From Patescibacteria group bacterium (GTDB lineage: Bacteria; Patescibacteriota; Patescibacteriia; UBA9934): a DNA stretch of 64,000 bases. The translations under genes and the position numbers were made by a program. The DNA lies in NCBI GenBank assembly GCA_041666145.1, contig JBAYHK010000004.1:20542-84541 (forward strand), given 5' to 3'. Under the pieces are notes generated by a model that was given only the letters and a program-made list of their open reading frames with translations, had not been told where the DNA came from and did not search any database. Shown here piece by piece: positions 17,278 to 26,933 of this stretch; position 1 is the stretch's first letter; every line of letters begins with the position of its first letter.

Positions 17278-17742
17278 ATGACGCTTACTACCCATGCAGC
17301 CATTGGCGCTGCAATTGGAAGCGCAGTTGGAAATCCAATTCTCGGATTCGTATTAGGAGCGACTTCTCACTTTCTTGTCGACATTATTCCCCACGGAGAC
17401 AACCAACTCGCCGACCTTTTCCGTATCCACAAAAAACGTCGAAAACTTGCCGTAGCATACGTAACAATTGACGGAGTTCTTGCAATGTACATGATCATGG
17501 CCGTCTTCCTTGCAAGAACGAACGGAACCCACGTCGCCTTTGCCGCGGCAGTGGTCGGCAGCGTCCTTCCAGATCTTCTTGTTGGAATGTCAGAAATCTT
17601 CGGCGGAAAGCTTCTCAAGCAATTCTATAAATTTCACTTCTTTTTTCACGACCTTCTCTCTCGCAGACGAGGAGACATAGCACTAAGATACGCCATTCTC
17701 GGACAGGCAGTTTTCATCGCAATCATGCTCAAACACATTTAA
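17278..17742 (+). CDS. Membrane-bound metal-dependent hydrolase (YdjM/DUF457-like)
   Basis: 154 aa, multiple TM helices, conserved His/Asp (HFLVDIIPHGD). Confidence 0.55.
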   Translation: MTLTTHAAIGAAIGSAVGNPILGFVLGATSHFLVDIIPHGDNQLADLFRIHKKRRKLAVAYVTIDGVLAMYMIMAVFLARTNGTHVAFAAAVVGSVLPDLLVGMSEIFGGKLLKQFYKFHFFFHDLLSRRRGDIALRYAILGQAVFIAIMLKHI

Positions 17743-17785
17743 AATGAGGCTCAAGCCTCATTTTTCTTCACTCTTGAGAATCTTT

Positions 17786-18757
17786 CTATAGTTGCGGCCA
17801 GGTAAACGTCGAAAATGCCCAAATTGCCAAAGCCTTCGCATCAGCAAATCTGTCTTCTTTCGAACTCGCGCCAAGCACGGCAACGAAAACCTCATCCCCG
17901 TCATGAACGATCGTCGTGACGAAACAATATCCAGCCTCTGGAATGTATCCAGTCTTTCCTCCGCTAATTCGATAGTCGCCACTATTCAGAAGCGAATCGA
18001 ACAAGGCGTCTGTAGATTCGACGGTTATTGCCAGGCCGCTTGCCTGCGAAATCGGCAGACGTTTCGTCGTCATGAACGTCTTTAGCCAGTCAGACTTTTT
18101 TGCTTCAGCAAGCAAAAGTTGCAAATCTCTCGCAGTCGAAACATTTCCACTTTCAATTCCAGAAACTTCGACAAATGAGCTCGAAAACATCCCAAGCGCC
18201 TGCGCCTTCGCATTCATCGCGAGAATAAAATCTTCACTCGACAATCCAGACAATCGAGAAAGTGCCTTCGTTGCCGTATTGTCCGACCCAACAATGCTCG
18301 CGCCCAAAACATCTTTAAGCAAAATTCCATCATCAAAATTCAAATTGACCCTACCACCGCCAATGTAATCATCATCTTCGATCTTCACCCAAGAATAAAG
18401 GTCGGGTTGAGCGTCGAGAAAGACGAGTGCGGTCATCAATTTCGTAATACTTCCAATCGAACGCACATCGTCAGCATTCTTCGAAAACAATGTCGCGCCG
18501 CTTGTAGGGTCTATAACAATCGCGCTTTTCGCATCTGTTACCACGCCATAGCTTGAAAGATCGACTTTCTTTGGCGGCAAAATACGATTTCCCGCTTGCG
18601 GTAGCGTTGGTACCGAAGTAAGAGAAAAAAGTGGAGCAGCAAGTACGGTTGGTGTAATAGGAGTTCCAAGCTTCCATTCCAAGTTCGCTGCATCAATCGG
18701 AACAATCCTCAATGCAGTCACCGCAAGAAGCATTTGTGCGACGACTCGAGAAATCAT
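17786..18757 (-). CDS. dacA: D-alanyl-D-alanine carboxypeptidase (serine peptidase S11, PBP5/6-like)
   Basis: SITK (SxxK), SDN, signal peptide. Confidence 0.8.
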   Translation of the reverse strand: MISRVVAQMLLAVTALRIVPIDAANLEWKLGTPITPTVLAAPLFSLTSVPTLPQAGNRILPPKKVDLSSYGVVTDAKSAIVIDPTSGATLFSKNADDVRSIGSITKLMTALVFLDAQPDLYSWVKIEDDDYIGGGRVNLNFDDGILLKDVLGASIVGSDNTATKALSRLSGLSSEDFILAMNAKAQALGMFSSSFVEVSGIESGNVSTARDLQLLLAEAKKSDWLKTFMTTKRLPISQASGLAITVESTDALFDSLLNSGDYRISGGKTGYIPEAGYCFVTTIVHDGDEVFVAVLGASSKEDRFADAKALAIWAFSTFTWPQL

Positions 18758-19311
18758 ATTGAAGATGACTCACTTAACGCGGCAAGCAACCGATCGACCT
18801 TCGCATTTATATGAAGCTCTTCATATTCAGGAAGATCTTTTACGCTGTGAAGTCCAAGGAATCGGAGCGCATCACTTGAAAGCGAGTAAACAAACTGTAA
18901 TTTTATCGCATCTTCTTCTTCAAGAATCAACCCTCGCATAAGCAGATTTCGAAGAATTAACGCGCAGTTCACCCCACGAATCGCTTCAATCTCCGGCTTC
19001 GTCATCGGTCCGCGATACGCAATGATCGTGAGCGTTTCGAGTGACGGTCTGGTCAGTTCTGGTTCGATCTCTTCTTTTGCAAGACCAGCAACAACATCGG
19101 CAAACACGGGATTCGATGCAAGCATCACGCCCTCACTACCAACCACGACATGAATGCCAGATTCGTCGATGTTTCGCATCGCGGAGAGATTCGAAATTGC
19201 AGCATCGACTTCCGAAATCTGTGCGTTCAAGAGCTGTGCCAATTGCTTTACCGTCATTGGCTTTGTTGCGACAAAAAGTAGTGCTTCAATTTTTGCAGAT
19301 AGTTCGTTCAT
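18754..19311 (-). CDS. scpB: Segregation and condensation protein B
   Basis: 185 aa, winged-helix ScpB pattern (LEALLFV...TLAIIAYRQPIT-like). Confidence 0.85.
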   Translation of the reverse strand: MNELSAKIEALLFVATKPMTVKQLAQLLNAQISEVDAAISNLSAMRNIDESGIHVVVGSEGVMLASNPVFADVVAGLAKEEIEPELTRPSLETLTIIAYRGPMTKPEIEAIRGVNCALILRNLLMRGLILEEEDAIKLQFVYSLSSDALRFLGLHSVKDLPEYEELHINAKVDRLLAALSESSSI

Positions 19312-20021
19312 ACTTGCGTTTCTTCTATTCTTTCAAGATGAATTTCTTCTCCATGTCCTTCTTGTCTTGCAACGATATGTTTGCGACGAAGAAGCTCAAG
19401 CAGTGCCAAAAAGCTTACCACGATCTCTACTTTGCTCCCCGCATTCGCAACAATATCTCTGAACCGAATATTCGCTCGCGTCGCCAAAACAGAGCGCACT
19501 TCTTCCATGCGTTCCTCTACAGATTTCACACGATCCATAGACGTTTCCTGCAACGCAAAAAAAGGTTCGAGTCGCTTAAGTACAACTTTAAACGCATCGA
19601 GTAACGACGCAGCACTGACATTTTTTGCTGGAAGAAAATCTGCAACAGTCTGCTTCTGCTTCACAAACGGTCGAGCATACATTGCGCACGTCACATATCG
19701 CTCCTCAAGTTTCGCGGCAACGGCAATAAACTCTTGATACAACCGCAGCTGATCTTCCAACTTCGCTGCAGCAGCGTCTTCCTCGTCGATTCTTAAATAC
19801 GGCATGAGCTCTCGACTCTTCAAATAAATAAGTCTGGAAGCCACCAATAAGAAATCTGCAAGCTCATTACTCGGCACTTCATGCTCCTTGATATATCGCA
19901 AATATTCGTTCGTAACCTTTGCTAACGACACCTTGGTAATTTCAAGCTTCTGCTCATCAATCAGCTCCAAAAGCAGCCCCAACGGGCCAGAAAATTCCTC
20001 CTGTTCAACCGAAAATGACAT
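19308..20021 (-). CDS. scpA: Segregation and condensation protein A
   Basis: FSGPLGLLLELIDEQKLEITKVSLAKVTNEYL. Confidence 0.85.
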   Translation of the reverse strand: MSFSVEQEEFSGPLGLLLELIDEQKLEITKVSLAKVTNEYLRYIKEHEVPSNELADFLLVASRLIYLKSRELMPYLRIDEEDAAAAKLEDQLRLYQEFIAVAAKLEERYVTCAMYARPFVKQKQTVADFLPAKNVSAASLLDAFKVVLKRLEPFFALQETSMDRVKSVEERMEEVRSVLATRANIRFRDIVANAGSKVEIVVSFLALLELLRRKHIVARQEGHGEEIHLERIEETQV

Positions 20022-20112
20022 ATCCGAAAGTGTACACGAGAACTATAAGTTTCCAATAAAGAAAAGCCGCCCAGGAGCCAAGGCGACTCTTCTGGACGAC
20101 TGCGTTGCGTAT

Positions 20113-20604
20113 TCACTCACCATCGAACGACTCGGCATCGAATAGGCCATCATCCACATCCCGGGAAGTGAATTTCGCGACAAGGCCTTCATTTCCAGGG
20201 CCACAAGAAAGCCCAGAAAAAGTTGTCCATTTCACCGGGTCTCCCCCATCGAGTCCACGTGGTACTAATACTTCTATTTCGATTTCACCATCAGGAAGAA
20301 TACCGATGTATGGCGTGTCTCCGATGTACTTATGGTTTACCAGAATAGGAGTATTGATAGGCTGTCCATCAAGCGTCGCAGTAATACTCGTGAGACTGCT
20401 GAGGTACAGACCCCCGAGAACGAAAACCGCCATCAATGCGTAGAGCGGCGCCCAAAAAAGGAGCCAATGGCACACGCTACGAGCCATCCGAGAAAAAAGG
20501 TTCGGGCTCTCATCGCTAGACCCTTTCGACGTCTCGGCCTCGGAAGAAACTGGAACGACGCTTCTAAGAGCGGGAGGTCTTGGTGGATTGTGAGTACTCG
20601 ACAT
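20113..20604 (-). CDS. Hypothetical single-pass membrane protein (GC-rich gene)
   Basis: 163 aa, one TM (LLFWAPLYALMAVFVLGGLYL), no recognizable domain; composition deviates from neighbours. Confidence 0.5.
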   Translation of the reverse strand: MSSTHNPPRPPALRSVVPVSSEAETSKGSSDESPNLFSRMARSVCHWLLFWAPLYALMAVFVLGGLYLSSLTSITATLDGQPINTPILVNHKYIGDTPYIGILPDGEIEIEVLVPRGLDGGDPVKWTTFSGLSCGPGNEGLVAKFTSRDVDDGLFDAESFDGE

Positions 20605-20754
20605 GATTCACCTCGCAAAGGGCGGGATGCCCGTCGATTCGCACGATGAAATCATGCAGATTGACGGGATTCGGTCCGAAGGTTTCAGGTGAAGAAAAGT
20701 GACGACTGATCGTAACAAGACAGTCAGCCAACTGTCAATCATAAAATAGCAAAA

Positions 20755-20791
20755 ATCCTTACAAAAAACACAAAACGCCCAGAAGGGCGCC
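20755..20791 (-). terminator. Rho-independent terminator downstream of aspS
   Basis: Minus-strand GGCGCCC-UUCU-GGGCG followed by UUUUGUGUUUUUUG. Confidence 0.6.
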
Positions 20792-20819
20792 TTGTGAACT
20801 TGTGTTGTTTAGATACAAA

Positions 20820-22133
20820 TTACGGCCTTAGTCGCTGCACATCTCGCGGGAAGATTGTTGCCTCTTTTACGTTTGCAAGACTAAGGATGTTTTGTGTTAA
20901 ACGCTGTAGGCCAATGGCAAATCCGCCTTCTGGTGGAATGCCGTATTTGTGCATCATGAGATAGTCTTCAAAGTCTGCTGGATTTAAACCTTTGTCGATG
21001 ATGCGCTGCATCTGCTCGTCGTACCGATTAATGCGCATACCACCGGAAGTAATCTCACTGCCAAATCCAATAACGTCGAAGGTTAATGTATTCTCCGGAT
21101 TTGATGGATCGACCTTTGCATAAAACGGTCGCTTTGACGGTGGCCAGTCTGTTACAAAAACAAATCCGCAGTTGAAATACTTCACCGACCACACTGTCGA
21201 CAGCCAACGCTCTGCCGCAGGCGAAAGATCTGGCTCGCCAGTCTCATCCACTCCCCCTTCATCTCTGTACGCCTCAAGTGCCTGCTTGAGCGAAATACGT
21301 GGAAACTTTTCTCCAAGTGGCGGCAATGTTGTTTCAAGCAGTTTCAATTCAACTGCACATTCTTTCTCGACCGTCGCGAGCATTTCTCGAATTGCGCGCT
21401 CTTCAACGTCCATGACTTCGCTCATATCTGTCACAAAACCCATTTCGAATTCAAGTTGATTGAACTCAGTTAAGTGACGAGATGTTGCAAACTTTTCTGC
21501 ACGGAAAGAATACGAAACGCCGTAAACGCCCTCATAAACTCCCATCGTTATCTGCTTGTAAAGCTGCGCCGACTGAGTAAGCGTTGCTTCGCGGCCGTAA
21601 TAGTCAACCTTGAAAAACTCCGCGCCACCTTCGCTTGCGGCTCCGGCAAGAACTGGGAAAAAGATTTCTGTGAATCCTTGCTTCTCCATGAATGCTCGAT
21701 ATCCATGAACAAGCGCAGCTTGAACTCGAAAGATTGCACGCTGTTTTGGATGGCGAAGGGTAATCACGCGATGATCAAGAAGTGTATCGAGATTGACATC
21801 GAGAACTGGCTTCCCGATTTCGACTGGCACAACGTCAACAACTGGTGACAGAATCTCCAGTGATTCAACCTGCATTTCGACTTCTTTTATTGCAGGGTCT
21901 TTACTCTTCTTTTCCACAATCTTTCCCGTTACCGAAAGCACTGTTTCAACTTGAAGTCCCTTAAGCTGCTCAAGGTGCTCAGCAGAAAGCACAGTCTGCG
22001 CAAGGCCAGAACGATCACGAATAATCGCGAATCCAAACTTACTCATGTCACGAAGTGCGTTCAGCCAACCAGCAATAGTCACTGTTTCACCGAGTTTCTG
22101 TGGAAGGTCTTGAATGAGTGTGCGGTTGTTCAT
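20820..22133 (-). CDS. aspS: Aspartyl-tRNA synthetase, archaeal/eukaryal-type class IIb (~437 aa, possibly non-discriminating)
   Basis: FRAEKFATSRHLTEFNQLEFEMGF; C-terminal GGFAIGLQRL...FPRDVQRLRP is typical of archaeal-type AspRS. Confidence 0.65.
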   Translation of the reverse strand: MNNRTLIQDLPQKLGETVTIAGWLNALRDMSKFGFAIIRDRSGLAQTVLSAEHLEQLKGLQVETVLSVTGKIVEKKSKDPAIKEVEMQVESLEILSPVVDVVPVEIGKPVLDVNLDTLLDHRVITLRHPKQRAIFRVQAALVHGYRAFMEKQGFTEIFFPVLAGAASEGGAEFFKVDYYGREATLTQSAQLYKQITMGVYEGVYGVSYSFRAEKFATSRHLTEFNQLEFEMGFVTDMSEVMDVEERAIREMLATVEKECAVELKLLETTLPPLGEKFPRISLKQALEAYRDEGGVDETGEPDLSPAAERWLSTVWSVKYFNCGFVFVTDWPPSKRPFYAKVDPSNPENTLTFDVIGFGSEITSGGMRINRYDEQMQRIIDKGLNPADFEDYLMMHKYGIPPEGGFAIGLQRLTQNILSLANVKEATIFPRDVQRLRP

Positions 22134-22147
22134 AGAGTTTGAAGCTT

Positions 22148-22176
22148 ATAGGTCCTATAGGTCTAATAGGACCTAT
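22148..22176. repeat. Palindromic repeat copy ATAGGTCCTATAGGTCTAATAGGACCTAT in the 42-nt asnS-aspS spacer
   Basis: Imperfect inverted repeat sharing the ATAGGTCCTATA / TAGGACCTAT arms with 16916..16950. Confidence 0.8.
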
Positions 22177-23474
22177 TACGGAGTCGAACGGTTCAGCATG
22201 CGTGGAAATGCAATGGTTTCGCGAATGTGATGCACGCCGGTAATCCAGCGCACGGTTCGCTCAAGGCCGATACCAAAGCCGCTGTGTGGAACGCTACCGT
22301 ACTTTCGCGTGTTCAAGTACCACTCATACTCTGCCAACGGATAGCCCCGATCAACAATCTCTTGCTTCAACACTTCGTATTCTTCTTCACGCTGACTCCC
22401 TCCGATAATCTCACGCCCTTCTTCTGGCGCAATCAAGTCCGCACAACACGCTCGAACCACACCAGCATCGTCAGTAAATCGCTTCATGTAGAACGCTTTT
22501 ACTGCTGCGGGATAATCTGTAATGAATACTGGAAGTTTGTATTTCTCCCCAAGGAAAATCTCTTCTTCTGTTGACATGTCGTCGAGCATATCGACAGTCA
22601 ATCCGTCTTGAGTAAGTTCCGCTTTTACTTCTGCGTGCGTGCGTCGAACAAATGGCTCGTCAACAAGTCGCTGTAAAAGTGACGTATCTCGCTCGAGAAT
22701 TGCGAGTTCGTCTTTGCAATGCTCAAGAACATCTTTCACGATTCGCTTCACCATCTTCTCCTGCACATCCATGTTCATCGTCTGGTCGTAATACGCCATT
22801 TCTGCATCCATCATCCACAACTCAGAAAGGTGATGACGTGTTTTGCTTTTTTCTGCGCGAAACACCGGACCAAAGTCGTAAACTTTTCCAAAGCTCATCA
22901 CACCAGCCTCGCTATACAACTGACCAGACTGCGAAAGGTACATTGGCGAACCGTAGTAATCGACAGTAAAAAGCTCAGTAGTATCTTCGCAACTCGTTGG
23001 CTGCAAAATTGGCGCATCAAACCGAACAAATCCTTCCTCATGAAAGAACTGTTCGATGCTGAAAAAGACTCGATCGCGAATACGAAGCACTGCCCAAGGC
23101 GTTTGCGAGCGAAGGTAGAGATCGCGATTGTCGAAAAGAAATTCTGGACCATGCTCTTTCTTTGCGATTGGATAATCTTCCGGCGCAAGATGCACAAGCT
23201 GAAATCCAGTTCCTTGAATCTCAAATCCTGACGGTGACCTTGGCTCCGCCTTCACGATTCCTTTTACAATCACCGATGACTCAATACGAACTGTCTGCAA
23301 AACTTCCCACGCGTCATCACCAACATCCTGCGGCGTATACACAACCTGAACACGTCCAGATCCATCTCTGAACTGAAGAAAATAAATCTTTCCACTTGAA
23401 CGAAAGTTGTACGCCCAACCCTTAAGCTCAACCTCCTGCCCGATCATTTCTGAAAGTTGCGATATGTATGTCAT
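22176..23474 (-). CDS. asnS: Asparaginyl-tRNA synthetase
   Basis: 432 aa; GWAYNFRSSGKIYFLQFRDGSG N-term, FRAEKSKTRHHLSELWMMDAEMAY, C-term FPRMLNRSTP. Confidence 0.7.
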   Translation of the reverse strand: MTYISQLSEMIGQEVELKGWAYNFRSSGKIYFLQFRDGSGRVQVVYTPQDVGDDAWEVLQTVRIESSVIVKGIVKAEPRSPSGFEIQGTGFQLVHLAPEDYPIAKKEHGPEFLFDNRDLYLRSQTPWAVLRIRDRVFFSIEQFFHEEGFVRFDAPILQPTSCEDTTELFTVDYYGSPMYLSQSGQLYSEAGVMSFGKVYDFGPVFRAEKSKTRHHLSELWMMDAEMAYYDQTMNMDVQEKMVKRIVKDVLEHCKDELAILERDTSLLQRLVDEPFVRRTHAEVKAELTQDGLTVDMLDDMSTEEEIFLGEKYKLPVFITDYPAAVKAFYMKRFTDDAGVVRACCADLIAPEEGREIIGGSQREEEYEVLKQEIVDRGYPLAEYEWYLNTRKYGSVPHSGFGIGLERTVRWITGVHHIRETIAFPRMLNRSTP

Positions 23475-23800
23475 AAAATAAAATTCGCCCGTACAACATC
23501 ACGACCAAATAGTCATGAAGCTGTACGGGCGAATATTCTTCGCGGTGCCACCGTACTTTGATCTCATTCTTCGCAATAACGGGCGAAACCCGCGAGGTTC
23601 TACTGTCCCTCCGTAGCTCCGAAGGAGTAAACGGGGAGGATTTCTTCCTCGAGCTTGGCGGTGTTCAAGTCGCCTCAAACGCTCGTGATAGCGACTATAG
23701 CACAAAGATTCTTTGGCGCAAATTCGAACGCGTGGCATGAAAGAAAGATGTTTGTTGCGAGAAAAATCGAACGAATCAATAGTTCGATCTGGCTTTTTCT
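23475..23800 (-). promoter_or_regulatory. T-box riboswitch-like leader of asnS (T-box motif plus terminator / antiterminator)
   Basis: Minus-strand transcript contains GUACGGUGGCACCGCGAAG (match to T-box AGGGUGGNACCGCG core), then terminator AUUCGCCCGUAC...GUACGGGCGAAU plus UUUAUUUU ending at the ATG. Upstream are hairpins and AGUAGAACC (possible AAC specifier). Confidence 0.5.
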
Positions 23801-23857
23801 CGCCAAAAATGCTATCATTTCCCGTCCGCTGTGTTCCTCAAACCCCAGGAGTTCTCA

Positions 23858-24418
23858 ATGGAATCAACCGTGATCGATGCCCTACGGTCCCTTCTTTGCC
23901 GGCGCCTCGGTATCCCAGTTCCCTACTCCAAACTCTTCGGAGAATCAGAGTTGGGAAACTGCCGCGGAGAAGTAGTGGAAGGAGACGCGCTTGCTCCCCC
24001 GACGAATGTTCCAGACTGGTCCAGATGGCTCAATCTTCTTCACTGGGCATGGCTTGCCATGTTTATGTGGAAGAAGTACGCCATCTTCCAGGTGTGTGAC
24101 GGCTCTGACCCATACCGCGTCATGTTCCGTACGGATGTTCACCACAATCATCGCGATCCCCACGCCTGGACGGTCATGCCGCAAAGGATCCGTACAAGAT
24201 TCGTGGCAATGAAAATCGGTCATGAGCCAGTCGAATTCGCAATGATCGATCAGCGCGGAACCCTCATCTTCGCGTGGCTCAAGGAATGTATCTTTGGAAA
24301 ACGTGCGGTTCTTGACATGATTCGGCGCTATATCACCATAGAGCTCACGAGAGCTGAGAGCATTGGCGACCTCGGCAGGGTCATCGTCAAACCCAGCCGC
24401 TACCTCACGATCCTCTAG
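23858..24418 (+). CDS. Hypothetical protein (GC-rich, plus strand; track ORF starts 23831)
   Basis: 195-aa ORF, no recognizable domain; followed by GC hairpin 24431..24455 acting as plus-strand terminator. Confidence 0.45.
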   Translation: MESTVIDALRSLLCRRLGIPVPYSKLFGESELGNCRGEVVEGDALAPPTNVPDWSRWLNLLHWAWLAMFMWKKYAIFQVCDGSDPYRVMFRTDVHHNHRDPHAWTVMPQRIRTRFVAMKIGHEPVEFAMIDQRGTLIFAWLKECIFGKRAVLDMIRRYITIELTRAESIGDLGRVIVKPSRYLTIL

Positions 24419-24430
24419 TTCTTCCTACGA

Positions 24431-24468
24431 AACGCCTCGGCTATGCCGGGGCGTTGATGTTTGTGAGT
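24431..24468 (+). terminator. Putative terminator of 23858..24418
   Basis: AACGCCTCGGCTATGCCGGGGCGTT hairpin then GATGTTTGTG. Confidence 0.4.
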
Positions 24469-24480
24469 GAAAAACTAATA

Positions 24481-25266
24481 TCAAACTTGAGCAGTAATCT
24501 GCGTTCCTGTCCAAAACGGCATGCTTAGTTCGCCTGGAACGTGATAAACGTAAACGTCATGAACGCATTGCGCGAATTGTTCAACGTGATCGCCTTTGAG
24601 AGGAAACTTCATTAAATCAATGAGAGGCGCGTCGCGACCAAGGCGCATAAGAGTCACAATCTCTTCGTCGATAGGACGCGCTGCGAACCAGTCTTCTCGT
24701 TTCGTTGTAACGCAATCGGTGCACACCAGTCCCCCACGTCCGCCATGCCAACGAAATGCGAGGGGCATGACTGGTTTTCGGCATGAAAGACAGTCATGAA
24801 TTTCGACGTCGTAACCAAGATGACGAAGAATGCGAAGGGTCATTGCGCCGAGAATGAACGTGCTTCGCGTTTGCGGAAGAGATTCTTGAGCGTCTAAAAA
24901 ACGTACCGCTGCAACAATTTCTTCAAAAAGTTCTGGATCTGCTAAGTCTGGCCGAATTGCTTTTTCAAGCATGGAAAAAAGTGTTTGTGCGAACAGTCGA
25001 TGCTCGAGAGTATTTCGAACATTCTGAAAAGCTTCAGTTCGCTCTACACCAATAATCGTCGTCGATCTTGCGCCTTTTACAATCTCAAGATTCACCAAAG
25101 CAAAAGGCTCTAAATGTGCTGCAAGCTTTGCTCTCGGCTTCTGCGCCCCCCTCCCAACACAATCAATCTTTCCGTACTCTGGCGTCAAAATATTGTATCG
25201 ACGGTCTGCCTCACGCCACGGAGAAGTCGTAAGAACAAGTCCAGTGGTTTTTACGCTCGACCACAT
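24481..25266 (-). CDS. recO: DNA repair protein RecO
   Basis: N-terminal OB fold plus CxxC...CxxC zinc finger (CLSCRKP...CTDC). Confidence 0.8.
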   Translation of the reverse strand: MWSSVKTTGLVLTTSPWREADRRYNILTPEYGKIDCVGRGAQKPRAKLAAHLEPFALVNLEIVKGARSTTIIGVERTEAFQNVRNTLEHRLFAQTLFSMLEKAIRPDLADPELFEEIVAAVRFLDAQESLPQTRSTFILGAMTLRILRHLGYDVEIHDCLSCRKPVMPLAFRWHGGRGGLVCTDCVTTKREDWFAARPIDEEIVTLMRLGRDAPLIDLMKFPLKGDHVEQFAQCVHDVYVYHVPGELSMPFWTGTQITAQV

Positions 25267-25269
25267 AAC

Positions 25270-25695
25270 TCACTCTTCCCTTCGCTTTGCAGTTTCAATA
25301 GTGAGATCACGATCACCATCAAGAAATGCCTGAAGAATGATGGTTGCCGCTAAGGCGTCTTCGGCCATGTCATTTCCGTATTCTATTTGCAATCGTCGTG
25401 CTTCTGCAGAAGAAAATTGTTCGTCGACGACGTAAATTGGCATTGACGATGCAGTGCCAAGATCACGAGCGAATTGCTTCGTCATCTCAAGCTGTTCTTC
25501 AGTTTGATGCGCGTCTGGGATTGGAAGTCCAACAACGAATGCTTCAGCACCTTCAAATTTCGCACGCGCAAGAATCGACGCGATCGAACTTGTTCCCCCT
25601 TCAATGTTCCCCATTGGAAAAGCCAAATTCGTTTCATCGTCACCCAAGGCGAGCCCAATCTTTTTTAATCCAAAATCAACTCCAAGGTATCTCAT
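25270..25695 (-). CDS. ruvX: Holliday junction resolvase-like RuvX/YqgF
   Basis: MRYLGVDFGLKKIGLALGD... Confidence 0.85.
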   Translation of the reverse strand: MRYLGVDFGLKKIGLALGDDETNLAFPMGNIEGGTSSIASILARAKFEGAEAFVVGLPIPDAHQTEEQLEMTKQFARDLGTASSMPIYVVDEQFSSAEARRLQIEYGNDMAEDALAATIILQAFLDGDRDLTIETAKRREE

Positions 25696-25696
25696 A

Positions 25697-26128
25697 TTAA
25701 GGACCGATTACATTCGCGCGAACACTTGCGCCTCCGTTCGTCACCGGCATGTCTTCAGTGACAACAAAACGTTCATCTCCATTATCTGCATGAAGCAGTG
25801 CGATATACGTCAATCCAGTGGTCATCGGCTGCGAAAGCATGACCTTTACCGAAACGTCTTCGCCGGCTTCAATATATCCAGACACTCCAATGATCGGTCC
25901 TGGCGCCTCACCGATTGATTCGTGAACGGTTATGTAACCCGGCTTTATCAATGTTGCGATTGTATCGACTTCAGCACCATTCACTACAGTCGCTGTAATC
26001 TTGCTTCCGGTAAGTTCAACTGGACCGTATGAAAGCTCTGGCCCATTCGGCGCAAATAAAAAGAACGCTCCGATTGCAACCAGACCGATCAGTAGCATGG
26101 CTCCGCCGATGACATCGTCTCTTTTCAT
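25697..26128 (-). CDS. Hypothetical membrane-anchored protein
   Basis: 143 aa, N-terminal TM GGAMLLIGLVAIGAFFLF. Confidence 0.5.
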   Translation of the reverse strand: MKRDDVIGGAMLLIGLVAIGAFFLFAPNGPELSYGPVELTGSKITATVVNGAEVDTIATLIKPGYITVHESIGEAPGPIIGVSGYIEAGEDVSVKVMLSQPMTTGLTYIALLHADNGDERFVVTEDMPVTNGGASVRANVIGP

Positions 26129-26133
26129 ATTCT

Positions 26134-26925
26134 TTACAAAGTAACGCCTGGAACTTTTGGAACTGGCGTTAAAATTTCCGGTCCTTCTGGCAGCGCAACA
26201 ATCGTTACCTCAAAATGCGCAGAGTCACTTCCATCTGCAGTAACAATCGTCCATTCATCTTCTGCAACTTCAACCTCATGCGTTCCAAGCGTCACCATTG
26301 GCTCAATTGCTAAACACATACCCTCTTCAATCACGACTGCAGGGAAATGTTTGTCTCGATAATTCGGAATATTCGGCGACTCATGAACGCTATGACCGAC
26401 ACCATGACCAACAAGCGACCTTACAATTCCATATTTTTTCGGAGGAATACTGTCTTCAACTGCAGCGCCGATATCGAGCACCGTGTTTCCGATTGTCACA
26501 ACCTCGACTCCAGCCATTAACGACTCGTACGTGACGCGAAGCAGATTCATTCTCACTTCTGAAACCTGTCCGACCGGCACTGAGACGGCCATGTCTGTAC
26601 ACATACCGTCAAACCAACAGCCAACATCCAAACTCACAATGTCGCCAGCTTCGAGAACAATATCGCGTGAACCAATACCGTGAACGACCTCATCATTTTT
26701 CGAAATACAAACCGTTGATGGGAATGGTCGTTTGCCACCGCCGGTGTATCCAAGAAATGACGGGGTACCGCCTCCGGCTTCTATAACGCTCCGAGCAGCA
26801 TCATCAAGCTCGCGCATGGTAACGCCTGGCTTCACCGCATCAACCGCAGCTTGAAGTGCATTTGAAAGTAATATGCCACCTTTACGCATGCTTTCAATTT
26901 CTTTTGCATTTTTTATCTTTGCCAT
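26134..26925 (-). CDS. map: Methionine aminopeptidase type I
   Basis: Metal ligands D..D..H..E..E pattern (VHGIGS, GHGVGHSVHE, EPM). Confidence 0.9.
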   Translation of the reverse strand: MAKIKNAKEIESMRKGGILLSNALQAAVDAVKPGVTMRELDDAARSVIEAGGGTPSFLGYTGGGKRPFPSTVCISKNDEVVHGIGSRDIVLEAGDIVSLDVGCWFDGMCTDMAVSVPVGQVSEVRMNLLRVTYESLMAGVEVVTIGNTVLDIGAAVEDSIPPKKYGIVRSLVGHGVGHSVHESPNIPNYRDKHFPAVVIEEGMCLAIEPMVTLGTHEVEVAEDEWTIVTADGSDSAHFEVTIVALPEGPEILTPVPKVPGVTL

Positions 26926-26933
26926 ACTTTTTC

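Noticed and set aside
17013-17303. ORFs 17051..17281 (+) and 17013..17303 (-)
   Set aside because: Both run through tRNA-Leu and the structured element. The plus ORF is just the GTG after the AGGAGG of the element read through the tRNA. The two element copies differ by frame-shifting indels, so protein coding is unlikely.
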